IMG/VR virus record: IMGVR_UViG_3300048592_000244
Span: 1 to 64,000 of that record
DNA: 64,000 bases
From: a virus
Strand: one strand, 5' to 3'
In this document: positions 62,801 to 64,000 of the stretch, piece by piece
How the letters are laid out: each line of letters opens with the position of its first letter
Position numbering within the stretch: the stretch's first letter is position 1
The notes under the pieces: generated by a model
What the model was told of the DNA's origin: nothing
Seen by the model: the letters and a program-made list of their open reading frames with translations, nothing else
Database searches by the model: none
Program-made: the position numbers and the translations under genes

Positions 62801-64000
62801 CCTCCAAGTTCACCGGCGTGATGTCGCAGATCGAACAGACCATCGAGCGCATCAAGATCATCGTGTTCGAGGAACTCGCGCCGGTACTCAACGACGCGCT
62901 GGAGACGTTCGGCAAGGACAGCCGCACGCAGATCGACTTCATTCTGGAGAACGTCCGCACAGCCGTCCGCATCGTCATCAACACGATCATGCTCGTGGCG
63001 GATTTCATCAACAAGCGGTACATCCAAGCAGGCAACGGCGCGGAGCAGTTGTTCGCGGACATTGTGGTGGCCGGACGCATCGCATGGAATGCTATCGGCG
63101 ATCTGCTCGGCATTGCGATGGAGCATGGCGTGCGTCTGGCTGGCGCTGTCCTCGATGCAGCGTGGAATTCACTTGAAGGAAAAAGCAAGAGCAAGCTGTT
63201 TGGGGTGTTAGTTTGGTTTGGTGGTTTGCTAGGAAAAGCAGGCGCGTCCATCATTGCTTTGGTAGGTGCTACTTTTGAAAGTGCTCTTGTCGTAGGCGGA
63301 AATTGGGTCGATGAAGTCAAGATCATTGCCTTGAAATTAGGGGCATGGCTGTTGGAGCAGTCCGAAGGGCTCATCAATAAAATCGGCGGTGGTGTCTTCG
63401 ACGTCATCAATGCAGTTCGTGCGTTCTTCGGCGAAGAAGCCCTCGATATACCGGGGCTAGATAAGTTGGTTCAGGGGCGTCTTGCGATAGAGAAGTCCAT
63501 CGCCTCTATCGCGGCTGAAAACGCGAAGGAAAATAAAAAGTCCCTATCGTTTGCAGAGCAGTTCTCCAAGATTTTTGGAGACATTAGTAAGAAGGTAGAC
63601 GAGGGCGGCGCGTCTTTACAAAAGATGTTCGATACTTCGCTCGCTACAGACGAAGTAAACGCGTTTCTTGAAAGCATCGAAGGAGCAAGCGATGAAGCAG
63701 AACGTCTTAGTGGCGTAATCGACCGCCTGAATAAAGATGGCACGCTAGATTTCGCCCTCTCCGGTGAGGAAAGTGTTGAACGTCTGCGCAGTGTGCTTGT
63801 TGATTTTGCTGAACGGGGCATCATCCCACCGGGTGCTGTTTCGGAAGGCACAGAACGTCTGCGTAAAGAAGCCATCAAGGCGCTGGGCGACGTCGCCGAC
63901 GAAACTGGTCAGGCACTCAAGACGGCGTTCGAGGTTGGCTTTGACAAGCTGGCAGATGAATTTCCCGAAGTCGTCGAACTGCTCAAGCAGATCGGCATTG
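56869..64000 (+). CDS. tape measure protein (partial, >2370 aa, runs off window)
   Basis: MALSVGEVAVDFVANLDDLFK start; Ala/Leu-rich helical sequence with hydrophobic and coiled-coil blocks; absent from ORF track because no stop occurs in the window. Confidence 0.9.
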   Translation, partial: MALSVGEVAVDFVANLDDLFKSLEKLGEKLDEALSGKQEIKVSFDERIIAQIDKMADGVEKISNLTERVRTVAEGVFDSLDGRIGNTSEQIEKSFGGAVKNIEGQTDDFITTFINKVTKGVSRLSPLVLGQLFGATLLIERLVAGGFKLTSILPKFLVSGTGAVGIMQGLVQAVKTLNFPFLLGFLVDVSQSLLSVTTVVALLTTGLRGLTGLALRFLGKRPESQVQKFVVLLETLNAGLTDMLAKTRIFIERMFFITSGLTSIAGLLTILGTGVTGLTAVVSPFLAAVFVGISGIRLAAARVSDMLLRFRASAGDGRAQTTLFLRALRSLFPILDAIARNAKPIAKMINEFAKGGFAKRMKQVIGEFQKALSGISRIEDAINRLAATMEKTSKQVMKQMGQFISKADELFKKIGRQGARDALASIERVRSSATSATKEVQQSVAQIAPAADKAEKSATRLGARLVEMGKRTLGLIGRTGVAGTGSLLGLMLFGTSGNIAPFLAPLAQFRDRLLGGFSEVSKGARQVGDTVAESFGSGAAVEAATGFLDAMFSTLGGLLDVGVELSKKFWGVFVDPATLTSAFAFAGQTVAGLAPLLATGAGAVLTPLVLRGVKNLTVASAGVIRDAASGVWPVVRKSLVEPVKDFLLFLPRQTKRFATQTVPDMVNRLTARVFKGTVAVGERVKQFFGLAELTEEQANEKAIAAIQERTAGMREQRSALKEQLNLLQRSKDFGEDEVARRAKLKQVEDQLTTARSKAAELERKLKGDLTVDPEGAKKKLAATREEIKRLAQEASTLDAPFTEVQQRIIEAETQLRSLTDALSKELSQEAIEKLTADIKANSRPIRSAIANVGIDAGKSFASGMKAATSLVRAVLVSPFSSAATKRNIQAAASNLSKSFRSAFSAAFRIGGGILGLIPGLKGIGERLKARAGTTAGLTAGTPEEEAAKRKAAADVKAAKAQDELTQVLRAEKVVAEAAIRQKELEKAASELQINNQMLMSGQLEKTENVMREMTGSFLGLANLAGRLEETTNETATSARLLSKNLRAADFQPAIDLARQIDQSMPSLQDMRSQFERLADAVGMDVKTREAARAQLDAAEDKITSVLGERAEALVKLTGSDSLQIEAAQKELKALEAKAASDLGTVQDQEAVVAQRVKVAKMVQAAETKLIQELKDAEEAVNVNSAAFAKWTKEIDKQQAIIDTSGKSSKAGKEAQEKLTRAMENRQKVAATAENELTKRVDEVQQVMLASRAALNKLPNAVKDFAATFNRITNVEGVQTLASLAAQEAAGEELRIFTDQYANSLKEQAAEIELQQQVLKEEEAAARALLKEKRSSAVIQKELDAALKLSTIREEQLAVAAKGAQLAMEDIKVAEEETADAATKHEKALQQGTSATKEMSTQALRVAGALEKAKLAIDEGGQSMKELAVAADETATGTGTAKPPRSGARIGQGQTGQLADLAAVLLSGATAKDIEKAPLTPIRERMKNAPEVQAIQALVGTEDALERVLAILNQITQQPVQRLKKLSDGFSNLLTLLKRLEASPERLEKFTQQFSGEVIGDMSRMVGLMDKMVANVKKLKVPGGAGARGQLKGFESFALRTQAQLMQKAMEGAIDWSTVIERWMAALRAEFPNVKIDLSAGQQVLATELELAARNALKQVMGRLSARGNQGEKLVAMIFDGARAAKSKAGKAGEEVADEFAANFPQSMPRRGPLREMLTKLPMLGQMIGQRMLAGIGVLKELTSQFMRQGFEGFLPAAFNMGASVAEKFFGGLGSGLNKIGDALRKIPVIGILGEIPLKVAGFIAKGLGVITAGIAKMAAQVSGAVTNLVKETSTKLLKLGLDATRLRLDPNNLQRFNEAMGILGGSASDAEAGLQQLTQSIEQVARGSAPELEAAFADAGLSMQDLSKLGSDEIFLRIAKAANEATGDIRKQSDLLRLIGADFSSLRGVVLSGSEAIADAFTRANKNPPISQKTLELASKFTGVMSQIEQTIERIKIIVFEELAPVLNDALETFGKDSRTQIDFILENVRTAVRIVINTIMLVADFINKRYIQAGNGAEQLFADIVVAGRIAWNAIGDLLGIAMEHGVRLAGAVLDAAWNSLEGKSKSKLFGVLVWFGGLLGKAGASIIALVGATFESALVVGGNWVDEVKIIALKLGAWLLEQSEGLINKIGGGVFDVINAVRAFFGEEALDIPGLDKLVQGRLAIEKSIASIAAENAKENKKSLSFAEQFSKIFGDISKKVDEGGASLQKMFDTSLATDEVNAFLESIEGASDEAERLSGVIDRLNKDGTLDFALSGEESVERLRSVLVDFAERGIIPPGAVSEGTERLRKEAIKALGDVADETGQALKTAFEVGFDKLADEFPEVVELLKQIGI

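Larger units (their letters stand above)
1..64000 (+). mobile_element. Segment of a large tailed dsDNA phage genome (Caudoviricetes, probably siphovirus)
   Basis: Terminase, portal, scaffold, capsid, tail tube, tail chaperone frameshift and tape measure in canonical order; phage-type PolA, ThyX, HNH; no host housekeeping operons; no tail sheath gene seen. Confidence 0.97.

Noticed and set aside
1-64000. Stop-codon reassignment or diversity-generating retroelement
   Set aside because: TAA, TAG and TGA all end tightly packed genes under the standard code; no reverse transcriptase or TR/VR repeat pair seen

Overview
A 64-kb internal segment of a large, GC-rich (roughly 58-60% by eye) tailed dsDNA bacteriophage, most likely a long-tailed siphovirus. 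Every credible gene is on the + strand and tightly packed. The left half (1-33 kb) holds replication, nucleotide and accessory genes: a Topo VI-A/Spo11-like protein, a DUF932-like protein, a histone H1-like AT-hook protein, a family A DNA polymerase with an N-terminal UDG-like domain, a gp32-like SSB, a GroES-like co-chaperonin, a MazG-like pyrophosphatase, an AAA+ ATPase, ThyX and an HNH endonuclease. The right half (33-64 kb) is morphogenesis: TerL, portal, MuF-like protein, scaffold, major capsid, neck genes, tail tube, a frameshifted tail chaperone pair and a >2370-aa tape measure running off the window. Signals not explained by gene content: (1) strong, frame-independent over-representation of GAAATT/AATTTC throughout, alongside a phage H1-like protein with an AT-hook (a candidate phage chromatin/DNA-recognition system); (2) a recurrent (C/T)GTAGATA box at gene boundaries (candidate late promoter); (3) a start-associated GGAGACCGACATG motif; (4) many Pro/Gln-rich proteins with shared leaders and termini; (5) three tandem genes sharing an N-terminal domain with variable C-termini; (6) an Ig-domain protein with a MYXO-CTERM-like sorting signal, hinting at a Myxococcota/Planctomycetota-type host. 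All family assignments are from motif recognition by eye, not database searches.
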